This document shows positions 1 through 9,896 of a DNA stretch of 64,000 bases, piece by piece. The stretch covers positions 32,001-96,000 of the forward strand of contig CAWKHF010000009.1 of the NCBI GenBank assembly GCA_963849325.1, read 5' to 3'. Position 1 is the stretch's first letter. Every line of letters begins with the position of its first letter. The notes under the pieces were generated by a model. The model had not been told where the DNA came from, did not search any database, and saw only the letters and a program-made list of their open reading frames with translations. This DNA comes from an uncultured Planctomycetota bacterium. GTDB lineage: Bacteria; Planctomycetota; Planctomycetia; Gemmatales; Gemmataceae. The position numbers and the translations under genes are program-made.

Positions 1-537
1 GCCGTCCATCGCCAGGCCGGCCGGCGCTTTCAGGGCCGGCGAACGCTTGGCATCCGTGACCAGGGATGTCTTGCCCTTGGCATCGACGCGGTAGATGGTC
101 CCTCCCGACTCGCCCTCGCCGGCGTCCGAGACGTAGAGCGTCCCTTGCTCGTCGATGTCGAGGTCGCGCAGGGAACGCGGCGGAGGAGAGAAGGCGGCGG
201 CCGCGGCGAACACGGTCGCCTGGCCCTTGCCGTCGATGCGCCAGATGCGCCGGCCGTCGGCGACGAACAACCATCCGCCCCGCGCCGCCACGCCGCGCGG
301 GTCGTCCAGTCCCCTGGCGAAAGGCACCGCCTTGCCCTTGTCGATGGCGATGACCGCGCCGTCGCCGTCCTTACCGATCTCGCCGAGCGTGCTGACGTAA
401 ATCCGGCCGGCGGCATCGACGGCGACGCCGGCGGGGTTATGCAGGCCGCGGAGGAGCGGGTCAGGCGGTCCTGCCGCCGTGGCCGTTGGGGGGGAGATGA
501 CCAGTGAGATGCCCGCAACCCAGAGTAAGCGTTTCAA
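1..537 (-). CDS. Secreted NHL/SMP-30-like beta-propeller protein (N-terminal part; runs off the window start)
   Basis: Not in the ORF track. Manual translation from TTG at 537 (GGGAGG upstream): MKRLLWVAGISLVISPPTATAAGPPDPLLRGLHNPAGVAVDAAGRIYVS...GLDDPRGVAARGGWLFVAD...DLDIDEQGTLYVSD, i.e. a signal peptide followed by NHL-like blades. Confidence 0.7.
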   Translation of the reverse strand, partial: MKRLLWVAGISLVISPPTATAAGPPDPLLRGLHNPAGVAVDAAGRIYVSTLGEIGKDGDGAVIAIDKGKAVPFARGLDDPRGVAARGGWLFVADGRRIWRIDGKGQATVFAAAAAFSPPPRSLRDLDIDEQGTLYVSDAGEGESGGTIYRVDAKGKTSLVTDAKRSPALKAPAGLAMDG

Positions 538-795
538 GGCCGTCCCTCCCGGCAGCGCTGCGAATGGCGTGAGGCGCTGGGCAGCGCCTCGGATTCGGCC
601 AACTTAGAGAACGGGACGCCCACCGTCAATCGCCCGGAAGCGGGCGCGAGGACGACACGAAAGCCGCGATTCAGGAATTTCGAGAGGTAATTGTCTTTGT
701 GAACATTTGTCCTCTATGACATGAGACTTCTTTCCGGTATGTTAGTAGACGAGATTTTCCCACCTAACTTCATCGGTCACATCCCGAGGTGTCCC

Positions 796-1731
796 ATGCC
801 GCGCCATGCTGGAAAGGCCCGCCCTGGTTTCACGCTCATTGAGTTGCTGGTGGTGATTGCGATCATCGCCATCCTGATCGGCCTGCTGCTTCCGGCCGTG
901 CAGAAGGTCCGCGAGGCCGCCGCCCGGTCGCAATGCACGAACAATTTCAAGCAATGGGGCCTGGCCATGCACATGTACAACGACACGATGGGCTCTCTGC
1001 CGGCCGGGTCGGTCCACAATCCGCGCCACACCTGGGTTCCGTACCTGTGGCCTTACATCGAACAAAACAACATCGCGAACCTGTACGGCCCCGTAAACAC
1101 GCAGCAGTTCTACCAGCCCAACGCGATCATCCAGAACGCCTACACCGGTGCCTGCGCCATGCAGGTGAAATTGTACTATTGCCCCAGTGATCGCCCCGGC
1201 GCCTACGATACCCACGACAGCTACTATCGCTGCCGGGGCAACTACGTGGCCAACGCCGGAACGCATACCATCTCGGATATCGACGCCGGCAACCCCGCGG
1301 CCCCGTTCAACGACCCGAACAACACCGGCGGGACCGTGCAGCCCACCACCATCCAGCAAATATCGGACGGCACCTCGAACACTTTGCTCATGTCCGAGAT
1401 CATCATCGCGCTCAACGACAGCGACCAAAATTCCCACGGCGACTTCCAGAACGACGATGCGACCCAGGTCGGTTGGGCCTTCATGACGGTGACCGGACCC
1501 AATAGCGCGACGCCCGACCAGATCTTCTGCGGCACCAACAACGACCCGAGGGCCCCCTGCACCAGTTCGGGGTCGGAATTCGAGGCGGCGCGCAGCCGAC
1601 ACGTCAGCGGCGTCAACACCCTGTTCTGCGACGGCTCGGTACACTTCATCACCAACAGCATCACTCTCCCCACCTGGCAAGCTCTCGGCTCCATGAACGG
1701 CGGCGAGCCGATTAACGCTTCTCAGTTTTGA
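796..1731 (+). CDS. DUF1559 family protein with prepilin-type N-terminus and H-X9-DG motif
   Basis: [65 protein letters not shown]. Confidence 0.93.
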   Translation: MPRHAGKARPGFTLIELLVVIAIIAILIGLLLPAVQKVREAAARSQCTNNFKQWGLAMHMYNDTMGSLPAGSVHNPRHTWVPYLWPYIEQNNIANLYGPVNTQQFYQPNAIIQNAYTGACAMQVKLYYCPSDRPGAYDTHDSYYRCRGNYVANAGTHTISDIDAGNPAAPFNDPNNTGGTVQPTTIQQISDGTSNTLLMSEIIIALNDSDQNSHGDFQNDDATQVGWAFMTVTGPNSATPDQIFCGTNNDPRAPCTSSGSEFEAARSRHVSGVNTLFCDGSVHFITNSITLPTWQALGSMNGGEPINASQF

Positions 1732-1756
1732 CCTGTGGCGACGATGCCGCGACCTG

Positions 1757-1844
1757 CCGAGCCGCGACCTGCCGAGCCGCGACCATAAGGGAGCGGGGCT
1801 TTCTCCGCTCCCTTACGGTCGCGGCTCGGCAGGTCGCGGCTCGG
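1757..1844. repeat. REP-like palindrome, family A (GAGCCGCGACCGTnAGGGAGCGG), with 15-nt tandem extensions
   Basis: ccgagccgcgacctgccgagccgcgaccataagggagcgg / ccgctcccttacggtcgcggctcggcaggtcgcggctcgg inverted repeat between convergent genes. Confidence 0.9.
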
Positions 1845-2239
1845 ATGGCGGCGCCTCCGTGGCGGGACCGGCGTCGAAGTCGAAGTGGGCCGCGTTGATC
1901 GCCCAGTTCCATTTGCGGATCGTGGCCGGGACGGTGAGAGGGAGAGTGAGCGTGTCCAGGATGGCGGACAGCGGCAGGTCCACCGCCAGCACGCCGACGC
2001 CGCAGCCGAACGCGAATGAACCAGCCAGAAGCTTCTTGCTCCAAGGCGCGTCCTCGGCGCAGGGGCCATGGAACGCCTGTCCAAAGAAGTGCGAACTCCA
2101 GCGCCGATCCAGAGCGACGCCGCCGTAGATTTGTTTGGGGGCGCCACCATCTCGGACCCCCGCGCAGTTCACCGCCGTGCCGCAGCCGCCCAGCGCAAGC
2201 CCAGACGGCCGCGAGGCAGATCGTCGCCGTTCGGCGCAT
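1813..2239 (-). CDS. YceK/YidQ-like lipoprotein (one frameshift near 2195)
   Basis: Joined frames give MRRTATICLAAVWACA/LGGCGTAVN...QIYGGV...DLPLSAILDTLTLP: lipobox LGGC plus DLPLSxxxDT motif. Confidence 0.72.
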
Positions 2240-2546
2240 GACTCATCCTCCGGGGAGTATCCGGCTATCGCAAAGCCGGCCCTGCACGTCAAGCCCGACC
2301 GCGAGAAGATTACCTCTTCGTAACCGAGCCGAGGAGACTCCCGGTCCTCTTGACGGAGATGGTACGCGCCGCGCATCATGCAAGGGGGAGGATGTCCCAC
2401 ACGCCTCCTTGTTGCGGCTTGCTCGCGGGTCGGGACCGGCTACTTTCTCCGGCGCAGGGCGCCTCCCTTTCCTCATCAACGCGGATGGGTGTGCGGCGGA
2501 ACACGCTGCCAGCCGTCCCGGTTGTTTTTTCAGGAGGTCCATCGAC

Positions 2547-4028
2547 ATGAAACGCTGTTCCGTGATCCTCGGCTGCTTGCTGCTCGGAGGCTCGGTCGGC
2601 ACTTTCCTCGCCGGGCCGCTGCTCAACGGAAAGGACCCGGCCGTCCCCGCCATTCCCCGCGAACTGACGTCCTACCGCGACGTGGTCAAGAAGGTGCTGC
2701 CGGCCGTCGTCAGCATCGAATCGCGGGCCAAGGCGGCCCCGGCCCGGCCGCGCCGTCGCGGGCCGCTCGAAGACGACATCCCCGAGGAGTTCCGCCGTTT
2801 CTTCGACTTCGACGACGACAGTCCCGCGCCGCGCGGCGGCTTCGGTTCCGGCGTCCTTGTCGAGTCCAAGGGTGTCATCCTCACCAACTTCCACGTCGTC
2901 GATGGGGCCGACCAGGTACACGTGCAACTGAGCGACGGCCGCAAGTTCACCTCCAAAGACGTCAAAAGCGATCCGAAAACGGACCTGGCCATCGTCCGTA
3001 TCGAGGCGCCGGCCGCTCTGCCGTTTTTGGAGCTGGGCGACAGCGACGGCATGGAGATCGGTGACCGCGTGCTGGCCGTCGGCGCGCCGTTCGGTCTGAC
3101 CGGCACCGTGACGCACGGCATCATCAGCGCCAAGGGCCGCAGTCTGCAACTGAACATGTACGAGGACTTCTTGCAGACGGACGCGGCCATCAATCCGGGC
3201 AACAGCGGCGGCCCGCTGATCAACCTGGAGGGTAAGGTCATCGGAATCAACGCGGCCATCAAGAGCCGCAGCGGCGGCTGGCAGGGCGTCGGCCTGGCCG
3301 TCTCCAGCAACATCGCCAAGGCCATCATGCCGCAACTGCTCAAGAACGGCGTCGTTCGTCGCGGCTACCTCGGCGTGCAGATCAAGGACATCAATGAGCC
3401 GGAGGTGTCGTCGCGGCTGGGCCTGAAGGACGGCGAGCACGGCGTGCTGGTGACGCGCGTCTTCGACGACACGCCCGGCTCCAAGGCCGGAATCCAGAGT
3501 GGCGACGTCCTGACCACGCTGGACGGCAAGCCGGTGCGCAACGGCCATGACTTGCAGATCATCGTCGCTCGCCTGGCGGTGGGCAAGGCCGTCGAGGTGC
3601 GGGCGCTGCGCGACGGACAGCCGAAGACGTTCCAGGTAACGATCGAGGAACAGCCGAGGCAGTTCGGCACGACGCGCGTCCGGGTGCCGCGCCGCTTCGG
3701 CCGCGAGGCGGAGGGCGTGACCATCGACTCGATCGGCGTCGAGGCGGTAGACCTGACGCCGGAACTGGCTGACAATCTCGGCTACAAGGAGCAGACGCGC
3801 GGGGCGTTGGTCCTCCGCGTGGACGCGGACGGCCTGGCGGGCAACGCCGGCCTGACACGCGGCATGCTCATCACCAAGGTCGATAAGAAGGCGGTCGCGT
3901 CGGCGAAGGAGCTGAAGGACGCGATTGCGGCCGCGGCGCTGGACAAGGGCGTCCTGCTGCAAGTGCAGACGCCGCAGGGCGGCACCAATTACGTGCTGCT
4001 CAAGTCGGCGAAAACCGCCCATCCGTGA
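2547..4028 (+). CDS. HtrA/DegP-like (Do family) serine protease with two PDZ domains
   Basis: Signal/anchor sequence, GSGV, TNFHVV, DLAIV, QTDAAINPGNSGGPL, two PDZ-like segments; AGGAGG RBS. Confidence 0.95.
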   Translation: MKRCSVILGCLLLGGSVGTFLAGPLLNGKDPAVPAIPRELTSYRDVVKKVLPAVVSIESRAKAAPARPRRRGPLEDDIPEEFRRFFDFDDDSPAPRGGFGSGVLVESKGVILTNFHVVDGADQVHVQLSDGRKFTSKDVKSDPKTDLAIVRIEAPAALPFLELGDSDGMEIGDRVLAVGAPFGLTGTVTHGIISAKGRSLQLNMYEDFLQTDAAINPGNSGGPLINLEGKVIGINAAIKSRSGGWQGVGLAVSSNIAKAIMPQLLKNGVVRRGYLGVQIKDINEPEVSSRLGLKDGEHGVLVTRVFDDTPGSKAGIQSGDVLTTLDGKPVRNGHDLQIIVARLAVGKAVEVRALRDGQPKTFQVTIEEQPRQFGTTRVRVPRRFGREAEGVTIDSIGVEAVDLTPELADNLGYKEQTRGALVLRVDADGLAGNAGLTRGMLITKVDKKAVASAKELKDAIAAAALDKGVLLQVQTPQGGTNYVLLKSAKTAHP

Positions 4029-4045
4029 GGCACAATGGAAGCGAA

Positions 4046-4104
4046 CCGAGCCGCGACCGTTAGGGAGCGGGCGAAAGCTCCGCTCCCTAACGGTCGCGGT
4101 TGGG
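4046..4104. repeat. REP-like palindrome, family A
   Basis: ccgagccgcgaccgttagggagcgg...ccgctccctaacggtcgcggttgg between convergent genes. Confidence 0.9.
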
Positions 4105-4115
4105 TCCGCTCATTC

Positions 4116-5615
4116 TCAAACGCGCAAGCCGCGCCAGCGCCCACCGGCGAAGCGTCCCAGGAAGAACACGCCGCGCACCAGCAAATCCGCGAACATCGCC
4201 AGCCAGGCGCCGAACAAGCCGAGATCGAACCCGCCGTGGACACCCAGCGGTCCAAGGTCGAGGTGCGGCCGCGTCAGCAGGTAGGCCAGCGGGATGCGCA
4301 GGACGAAGAAGCCGAACCAGGTGAACAGCACGGGCACGCGGGTATCGCCGGCGCCGCGCAGGGAACTGGTGAAAATGATGCACGAGGCCAGGGCCGGCAT
4401 GGCGAAGGCCACCAGGCGCAGGACCGGCACGCCCTCGTCGATGATCGGCTGCTGGCCGGGATCGGGGCAGAACAGGCGAAACATCGGCGCGGCCAGCAGG
4501 AAAAAGACAGCGCCCATGAAGGTCATTAGCGCTCCGCCGAGGCCGAGAGCGGTCCAACCGCTGCGAGCGGCTCGTCGCGGGTTGCGCGCGCCGAGGTTCT
4601 GGCCGACCAGCGTCATCGCCGCCGTGCCGAAGGCGCCGCCGGACAGATAGCCCAGCGCCTCCCACTGCAAGGCGATGCCGTGCGCCGCCTTGGCCGCGTC
4701 GTTGAGATGGTTGATGATGCTGAGAAACCAAAGCTGGCCGACGGCCACTGACAGGCTATCCACGCCGGCCGGCACGCTGATGCGCAGCAGACGGCGGATA
4801 ATCTCGAAGTCCGGTCGCAATTGTCGCCATTCGAGCCGTAGTCCGGCCCGGCCGCGCAGCAGCACGGCCGTGACGGCGGCGGCGCCGAGCACGTTGCTGA
4901 CGGCCGTGCCCAGGGCGATGCCGACGAAACCCAGCGGCGGCACCGGGCCGAAACCGTGGAAGAAGCCCCAGGCCAACGGCACATTGAAGACGGCCACGCC
5001 GGCACGCACCCACAACCCCGTCACCGTGTCGCCGGCGCCGACCAGGCAGGCGATGCCCGCCGCCTCGATTACCTGGAAGACCAGCAGGGCGAACAACGGT
5101 TGCAGGTACGCCACCGCGAAGCGGGCCGTCGCCCCGTGCAGTTGCAACATCTCCACCAGCGAAGGCAGACCGAGCAAGGCCAGGGCCGAGCCGGCCAATC
5201 CCAGAAGGACGCCCAGCAACAACGATTGGTTGGTGACGTGGACGGCGGAACGCCGGTCTCCGGCGCCGATGGCGTGCGCCACCAGGGCGGTGCTGCCGAC
5301 GCTGACCAGGACGGTGTAACTGCTGATGAACCAGGCCAGGTAATTGGCCGTCGTCTGGGCGGCCTGCAAGGCGATCTGTTCGTCGGGGTCCGGCGCGTGG
5401 GCGTGGCCGGCCAGCCAGCGGTCGGACAGGCTGACGGCCAGGACGAGCATCTGCTGGAGCAGGGCCGGCAGCGCCAGGACCAGCACCAGATACCACGTCG
5501 GCCGGCGCAGATCCAGACGCGGGGCCGTCGCGGCGTCGGACTCCGCGACGGGGACGAGATCGTGAGGCCGGGGCGGTGCGCCGGAAGGGGCGTCGGTCAG
5601 CCGCGGATCGTCCAC
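4116..5615 (-). CDS. MATE family efflux transporter
   Basis: About 12 hydrophobic segments; LALPALL, VAHAIGAGD, LVGQNLGA, LRGAGDTRVP, GLFGAWLAM. Confidence 0.93.
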   Translation of the reverse strand: MDDPRLTDAPSGAPPRPHDLVPVAESDAATAPRLDLRRPTWYLVLVLALPALLQQMLVLAVSLSDRWLAGHAHAPDPDEQIALQAAQTTANYLAWFISSYTVLVSVGSTALVAHAIGAGDRRSAVHVTNQSLLLGVLLGLAGSALALLGLPSLVEMLQLHGATARFAVAYLQPLFALLVFQVIEAAGIACLVGAGDTVTGLWVRAGVAVFNVPLAWGFFHGFGPVPPLGFVGIALGTAVSNVLGAAAVTAVLLRGRAGLRLEWRQLRPDFEIIRRLLRISVPAGVDSLSVAVGQLWFLSIINHLNDAAKAAHGIALQWEALGYLSGGAFGTAAMTLVGQNLGARNPRRAARSGWTALGLGGALMTFMGAVFFLLAAPMFRLFCPDPGQQPIIDEGVPVLRLVAFAMPALASCIIFTSSLRGAGDTRVPVLFTWFGFFVLRIPLAYLLTRPHLDLGPLGVHGGFDLGLFGAWLAMFADLLVRGVFFLGRFAGGRWRGLRV

Positions 5616-5827
5616 TCCGGTCCTCCCGCCATGCCGAAGCGGTCGCCGACGCGGAGCTTGCGGCCCGGTTGCGCGGCCGGCTCGCCGTTGACCGTCACCT
5701 GTCCTTCGCGCACTAGCAGCTTCGCTTGTCCGCCGGTGTCGGCCAGGCCGATCGCCTTGATCGCATGGGCCAGCGTGATGTACTCGCCTCGGAGAGTGAG
5801 GATCCCTCCGGCGGAGGATTCGGTCAT
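5597..5827 (-). CDS. Small S4-domain RNA-binding protein (YaaA/YbcJ-like)
   Basis: EYITLAHAIKAIGLADTGGQAKLLVREGQVTVNGEPAAQPGRKLRVGD. Confidence 0.88.
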   Translation of the reverse strand: MTESSAGGILTLRGEYITLAHAIKAIGLADTGGQAKLLVREGQVTVNGEPAAQPGRKLRVGDRFGMAGGPEWTIRG

Positions 5828-5925
5828 GAGACGCTTTCCGTACACGATCCGCACAGCCGATCGAACCTCAGACAAGCTCGGCGATCTATCGGCATGGCGC
5901 TGCTGCGATTGTACCATGATGCGTT

Positions 5926-5983
5926 CCGAGCCGCGACCGTCAGGGAGCGGTGTTGTCCCCACTCCTTGACGATCGCGGCTCGG
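5926..5983. repeat. REP-like palindrome, family A (slightly degenerate)
   Basis: ccgagccgcgaccgtcagggagcgg...actccttgacgatcgcggctcgg. Confidence 0.85.
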
Positions 5984-5999
5984 TTTGGTTCACGCGCCC

Positions 6000-6809
6000 T
6001 TACTCTTCTCCGCGCCTGCCGCGATTGCGATTCAGCCGGTGCGCAGTAATTCCAATTCGCGCTCCGCCGCTTCGGCTCGTTGTTTTTCCTGGTCGGCTCG
6101 TTGTTTTTCCTGATCGGCTCGTTGTTTTTCCTGATCGGCTCGTTGTTTTTCCTGATCGGCTCGTTGTTTTTCCTGATCGGCTCGTCGCCGCGTCTGCTCC
6201 AGGTTGCGCAGCAAGTCGGCCGGCAGCGGCAGCAATTCGCCCCGATACCAGAAGCGACACCATCCCTCCAGCAACCCCAACTCCAGCTCCAACTCCGGCA
6301 GAGCGAGACGGCCGTGCTCGTTGGGCTTCACCGAGACGTACTTGCGTTTCGTGTGCCGATACAGCGTCAGCTCTTGCTCGTCGGGATAGAAGATCAGGTA
6401 ATACGGCACCTTCAGCTCGCGCTCGTACTTCTGCATGTTGTCGTCGTAGTCCTTGCGCGCTCTCCTTGGAAACGTATTCCAGCATCCAGAATGGGCCGAC
6501 GGGCTGTAGGGGCACCTTGTAGCTGCCCCGGGCCTTGATCGGCTTGTCGTGGACGACGACCATGTTGTCCGGTACGACCTGGCGGGGTCGGGTCGCGTCG
6601 CCATGGGGATATTGCACCAGCAGTTCATTGAAGACCTGCACTTCGGGTCGGCGTGCCCGCAGCAGAGCGAGGCTTTCCAGAGTGATCTCGCGTTGAATGG
6701 ATTGCCCGGTCGCTTCCATGAAGTGCTCCGGAGGAAGGCTGCGCAGGTACTCCTCGGCATATTTGTCGTACTGCAAGGACAGCAAATGCGGCGGTTTGGT
6801 CGTCGCCAT
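6000..6809 (-). CDS. Uma2 family (PD-(D/E)XK) endonuclease, copy 1 (frameshifts near 6460 and 6040)
   Basis: HFMEATGQ, VVPDNMVV, PFWMLEYVS/RKDYDDNMQKYERELKVPYYLIFYP; C-terminal coiled coil (RADQEKQ)x5. Confidence 0.88.
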   Translation of the reverse strand: MATTKPPHLLSLQYDKYAEEYLRSLPPEHFMEATGQSIQREITLESLALLRARRPEVQVFNELLVQYPHGDATRPRQVVPDNMVVVHDKPIKARGSYKVPLQPVGPFWMLEYVSKESAQGLRRQHAEVRARAEGAVLPDLLSRRARADAVSAHETQVRLGEAQRARPSRSAGVGAGVGVAGGMVSLLVSGRIAAAAGRLAAQPGADAATSRSGKTTSRSGKTTSRSGKTTSRSGKTTSRPGKTTSRSGGARIGITAHRLNRNRGRRGEE

Positions 6810-6886
6810 GTTCGTTCTCTCCTCGACCGGGAAATGTCGCCGCGCAGTATAATACCTCGCCGCGGCTCGGTTTGGTTTGCTCGCCC

Positions 6887-7635
6887 TTACTCTTCTCCGC
6901 GCCTGCCGCGATTTCGATTCAGCCGGGCACGCAATAATTCCAACTCGCGCTCCGCGGTGTCGGCTCGTTGTTTTTCCTGATCGGCTCGTTGTTTTTCCTG
7001 ATCGGCTCGTCGCCGCGTCTGCTCCAGGTCGCGCAGCAAGTCGGCCGGCAGCGGCAGCAATTCGCCCCGATACCAGAAGCGACACCATCCCTCCAGCAAC
7101 CCCAACTCCAGCTCCAACTCCGGCAGAGCGAGACGGCCGTGCTCGTTGGGCTTCACCGAGACGTACTTGCGTTTCGTGTGCCGATACAGCGTCAGCTCTT
7201 GCTCGTCGGGATAGAAGATCAGGTAATACGGCACCTTCAGCTCGCGCTCGTACTTCTGCATGTTGTCGTCGTAGTCCTTGCGCGCTTCTCCTTGGAAACG
7301 TATTCCAGCATCCAGAATGGGCCGACGGGCTGTAGGGGCACCTTGTAGCTGCCCCGGGCCTTGATCGGCTTGTCGTGGACGACGACCATGTTGTCCGGTA
7401 CGACCTGGCGGGGTCGGGTCGCGTCGCCATGGGGATATTGCACCAGCAGTTCATTGAAGACCTGCACTTCGGGTCGGCGTGCCCGCAGCAGAGCGAGGCT
7501 TTCCAGAGTGATCTCGCGTTGAATGGATTGCCCGGTCGCTTCCATGAAGTGCTCCGGAGGAAGGCTGCGCAGGTACTCCTCGGCATATTTGTCGTACTGC
7601 AAGGACAGCAAATGCGGCGGTTTGGTCGTCGCCAT
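6887..7635 (-). CDS. Uma2 family endonuclease, copy 2 (frameshift near 7285)
   Basis: Near-identical to 6000-6809 but with (RADQEKQ)x2. Confidence 0.88.
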
Positions 7636-7765
7636 GTTCGTTCTCTCCTCGACCGGGAAATGTCGCCGCGCAGTATAACCCCTCGCCGCGGCGGCGGAAA
7701 GCCGGGTTAACGACAGCGGGCCGCCGAAGAATCGGCGGCCCGTTGCCTTGGGCCATCGAACCCAA

Positions 7766-7830
7766 CCGAGCCGCGACCGTAAGAGCGGACGGCTGGGAGC
7801 TAGAACCGCTCCCTTACGGTCGCGGCTCGG
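7766..7830. repeat. REP-like palindrome, family A
   Basis: ccgagccgcgaccgtaagagcgg...ccgctcccttacggtcgcggctcgg; contains the stop codon of the globin gene. Confidence 0.88.
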
Positions 7831-8799
7831 CAGACTTGGCCTCCGGCTTCGTGTCGGACGGCTTCTTGTCCGTGGGCTTTTTCTGTGCCGGTTTTTTGTC
7901 CTCGGACTTCTTTTCGGCGGGTTTCTTGTCCGTGGGCTTTTTCTCTGCTGGCTTCTTCGGCTCGACGATGTCCTTGCGATACGTGTTGATGGCGCCGAGA
8001 ACATTCTCCACGTCTTGCGACGCAACGTTGTTCTTCTCCAGCGCCTTTTCGAGATGGCCGGCCAGGGCGTCGAACTCCTGGTTGGTGATGCCCATGCCCT
8101 TGTGGACCTTCTTCATGTCGGGTCCGTTGTACTTCAGCGGCCCGCCGGTGGCCTGGCTGACCTGCTCGACGATCTCGCGTTTCATCTTGGCGACGCCCTC
8201 GGCGTCCAACTTGTACTTGCCGTGGCGGAAGAAATCGACCTTGGGGTCGCGGGCCGCGGCGTTGACGGTATCGTCGATGATCTTGGTGACGCCAGTCTCG
8301 CCGCCGAGCCGGTCCCAGAGGGTGCGCTTCTTCTCGGGCTTCTTGACGATGGGCTTGTCGTTATCCTTGGGTTTGGTCGTGACTGGCGGTTCCTTCTCGC
8401 CCTCCTTCTTGGCCGGAGCGTTGCCCTTGAGGTCGTTGCGAATCTGGTCCAGGACCGTCCGCAGGACGAAAGCACGCCGGTACAGCATGGGGTCTTGCCG
8501 GGCGTTGGCGATGCCGGTGTCGATGGCCTTCTGCAATTCGCCCCGGTGCCCCAGCAGGGGCTTGATGCTCATCAGAGCGCCTTCCCAGAGGCGATAACAG
8601 CCGTTCCAGTCGCCGCTGTTGTACAGGTCGGCGCCGTGGTTGATGACCTCTTTCAGGTTGGCGTGAAGCATGCCATCGAGGTCTTTGCGGTCCAGCGGTC
8701 CCGAAGCGGGCTTGTCATCCGCGGCCCGCGCGCGCCGGCCGCCAACACCAGCGCCAGACATGTCGGGAGCATGGCCCCCCATCTTGTCAACTGTCGCAT
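7814..8799 (-). CDS. Secreted group I truncated haemoglobin with N-terminal helical domain and Lys/Pro-rich tail (frameshift near 8730)
   Basis: LWDRLGG...GGPLKYNGPDMKKVHKGMGITNQEFDAL (2/2 globin). AAGGAG RBS plus ATG 8799 gives signal peptide MRQLTRWGAMLPTCLALVLAAGA, which joins RAADDKP after one base is restored. Confidence 0.85.
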
Positions 8800-8987
8800 A
8801 CACGTTTCTCCTTTCACCATCTGCTCACGAAAACGCCGGGAAATGGGGCGATGTCGGCAGGTGCTGCGATTGTAAGAAAGCGGCGCAGGCGGGGAAAGAA
8901 GTATTTCCTTGATCTTGCGTGATTTCGACGAGTTCGGATAATGCGGGTTCCGAGAGGAAGGTCCATCGTCAACCCAAGGAGGGGATC

Positions 8988-9811
8988 GTGGCCGATAAAT
9001 CCAGTCAACTGATCCTGGCGGCCCTGAGCCGAGCCGCCGCCGCCCCCGACGGCGTACCCCTGCACGGCAGCAAGAGCGTCGCCGGCCTTTTCCCCGCCAA
9101 CGCTGCCGGCAAGCAGGCCGCTCAGCGCTGCCAGGAAGACGGCTATCTCGCCCCGCGATCGGCGGACGCTCCCGACCGCGAGGAGGCCGCGGGCGGCACG
9201 GCCACGCTGGTCAAAAAGAAGGCTTCCGCCTCGCCGCTTTGCACCATCACCGAAAAGGGCCTGACGTACCTGCTCGCCCAGGTCAGCCCGCGGCAGGTGC
9301 TGGAAGATTTCGTCCGCGCCCTGGAAACGCGGCAAAAGCAGGCCGACGAACTGCTGGCGCTGGCCCGCCGGATGCAGCAGGACTTCGACGCGCTGAAGAT
9401 CCATGCCGACAAGGTACTCCAGCACACCTGTCGGTCGGAAGCCACGCCGGAGCGCGGCGGTCTGAAAATACTCTTCGCTCACTTCCGGAACGAGGCCGAC
9501 CCTCCCCGCCGCGCCCGCCGTCCACGGATGCTGACAGTGGCATGTCACCTACGGCGACGCACGACGCCCTTCTGGCCGAGTTGACCCGCTGGCTGGACGG
9601 CGGAGCGTCGGAGGATTGCCCACTGCCGCACCTGTTCCGCCAACTACCGGCGCGGACCATCGGTTCGTTTCACGATTCGCTTCGTCAGCTCCACGATCTC
9701 GGCAAAATCTATCTACATCCGTGGACCGGGCCGCTCTACGACATCCCCGAACCGCCCTACGCCCTGCTCATCGGTCACGAAATCGCTTATTACGCCAGCA
9801 TTCGCAAGTAG
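8988..9811 (+). CDS. Hypothetical protein: wHTH-like N-terminus, coiled coil, wHTH-like C-terminal domain (frameshift near 9510)
   Basis: AAGGAGG RBS plus GTG; ITEKGLTYLL; coiled coil; CPLPHLFRQL...FHDSLRQLHDLGKIYLHPWTGPLY; ORFs 8919 and 9239 join. Confidence 0.72.
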
Positions 9812-9827
9812 TCCCTCGACCGGCAAT

Positions 9828-9864
9828 CGCTTGCAGCCTCGCGCGACACGCGAAGCCGCAAGCG
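9828..9864. repeat. Palindromic repeat, family B (GCCGCAAGCG)
   Basis: cgcttgcagcctcgcg cgaca cgcgaagccgcaagcg. Confidence 0.7.
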
Positions 9865-9896
9865 GCTGCTGGGACCGCGGACCTCGGAGGTTTTTC

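Larger units (their letters stand above)
5975..7692. repeat. Tandem direct duplication of an approximately 0.85-kb unit holding the Uma2 gene and its upstream region
   Basis: 5975-6867 and 6861-7692 align almost base for base; they differ in the copy number of a 21-nt repeat and a few substitutions near the 3' end of the gene. Confidence 0.92.

Noticed and set aside
2240-2546. 5' extension of the HtrA ORF from 2016, or a structured leader RNA
   Set aside because: RBS and signal sequence indicate a start at 2547, and I could not identify a convincing RNA motif.
6074-6185. 21-nt tandem repeats as a possible CRISPR array
   Set aside because: No spacers; they encode the RADQEKQ coiled-coil heptad, and no cas genes are nearby.
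6000-7586. 528-aa ORF with an internal repeat
   Set aside because: Off-frame read-through of the two frameshifted Uma2 copies; not a real protein.
7836-7960. 15-nt periodic sequence as a DNA repeat element
   Set aside because: It is the coding KKPxD/E low-complexity tail of the globin.
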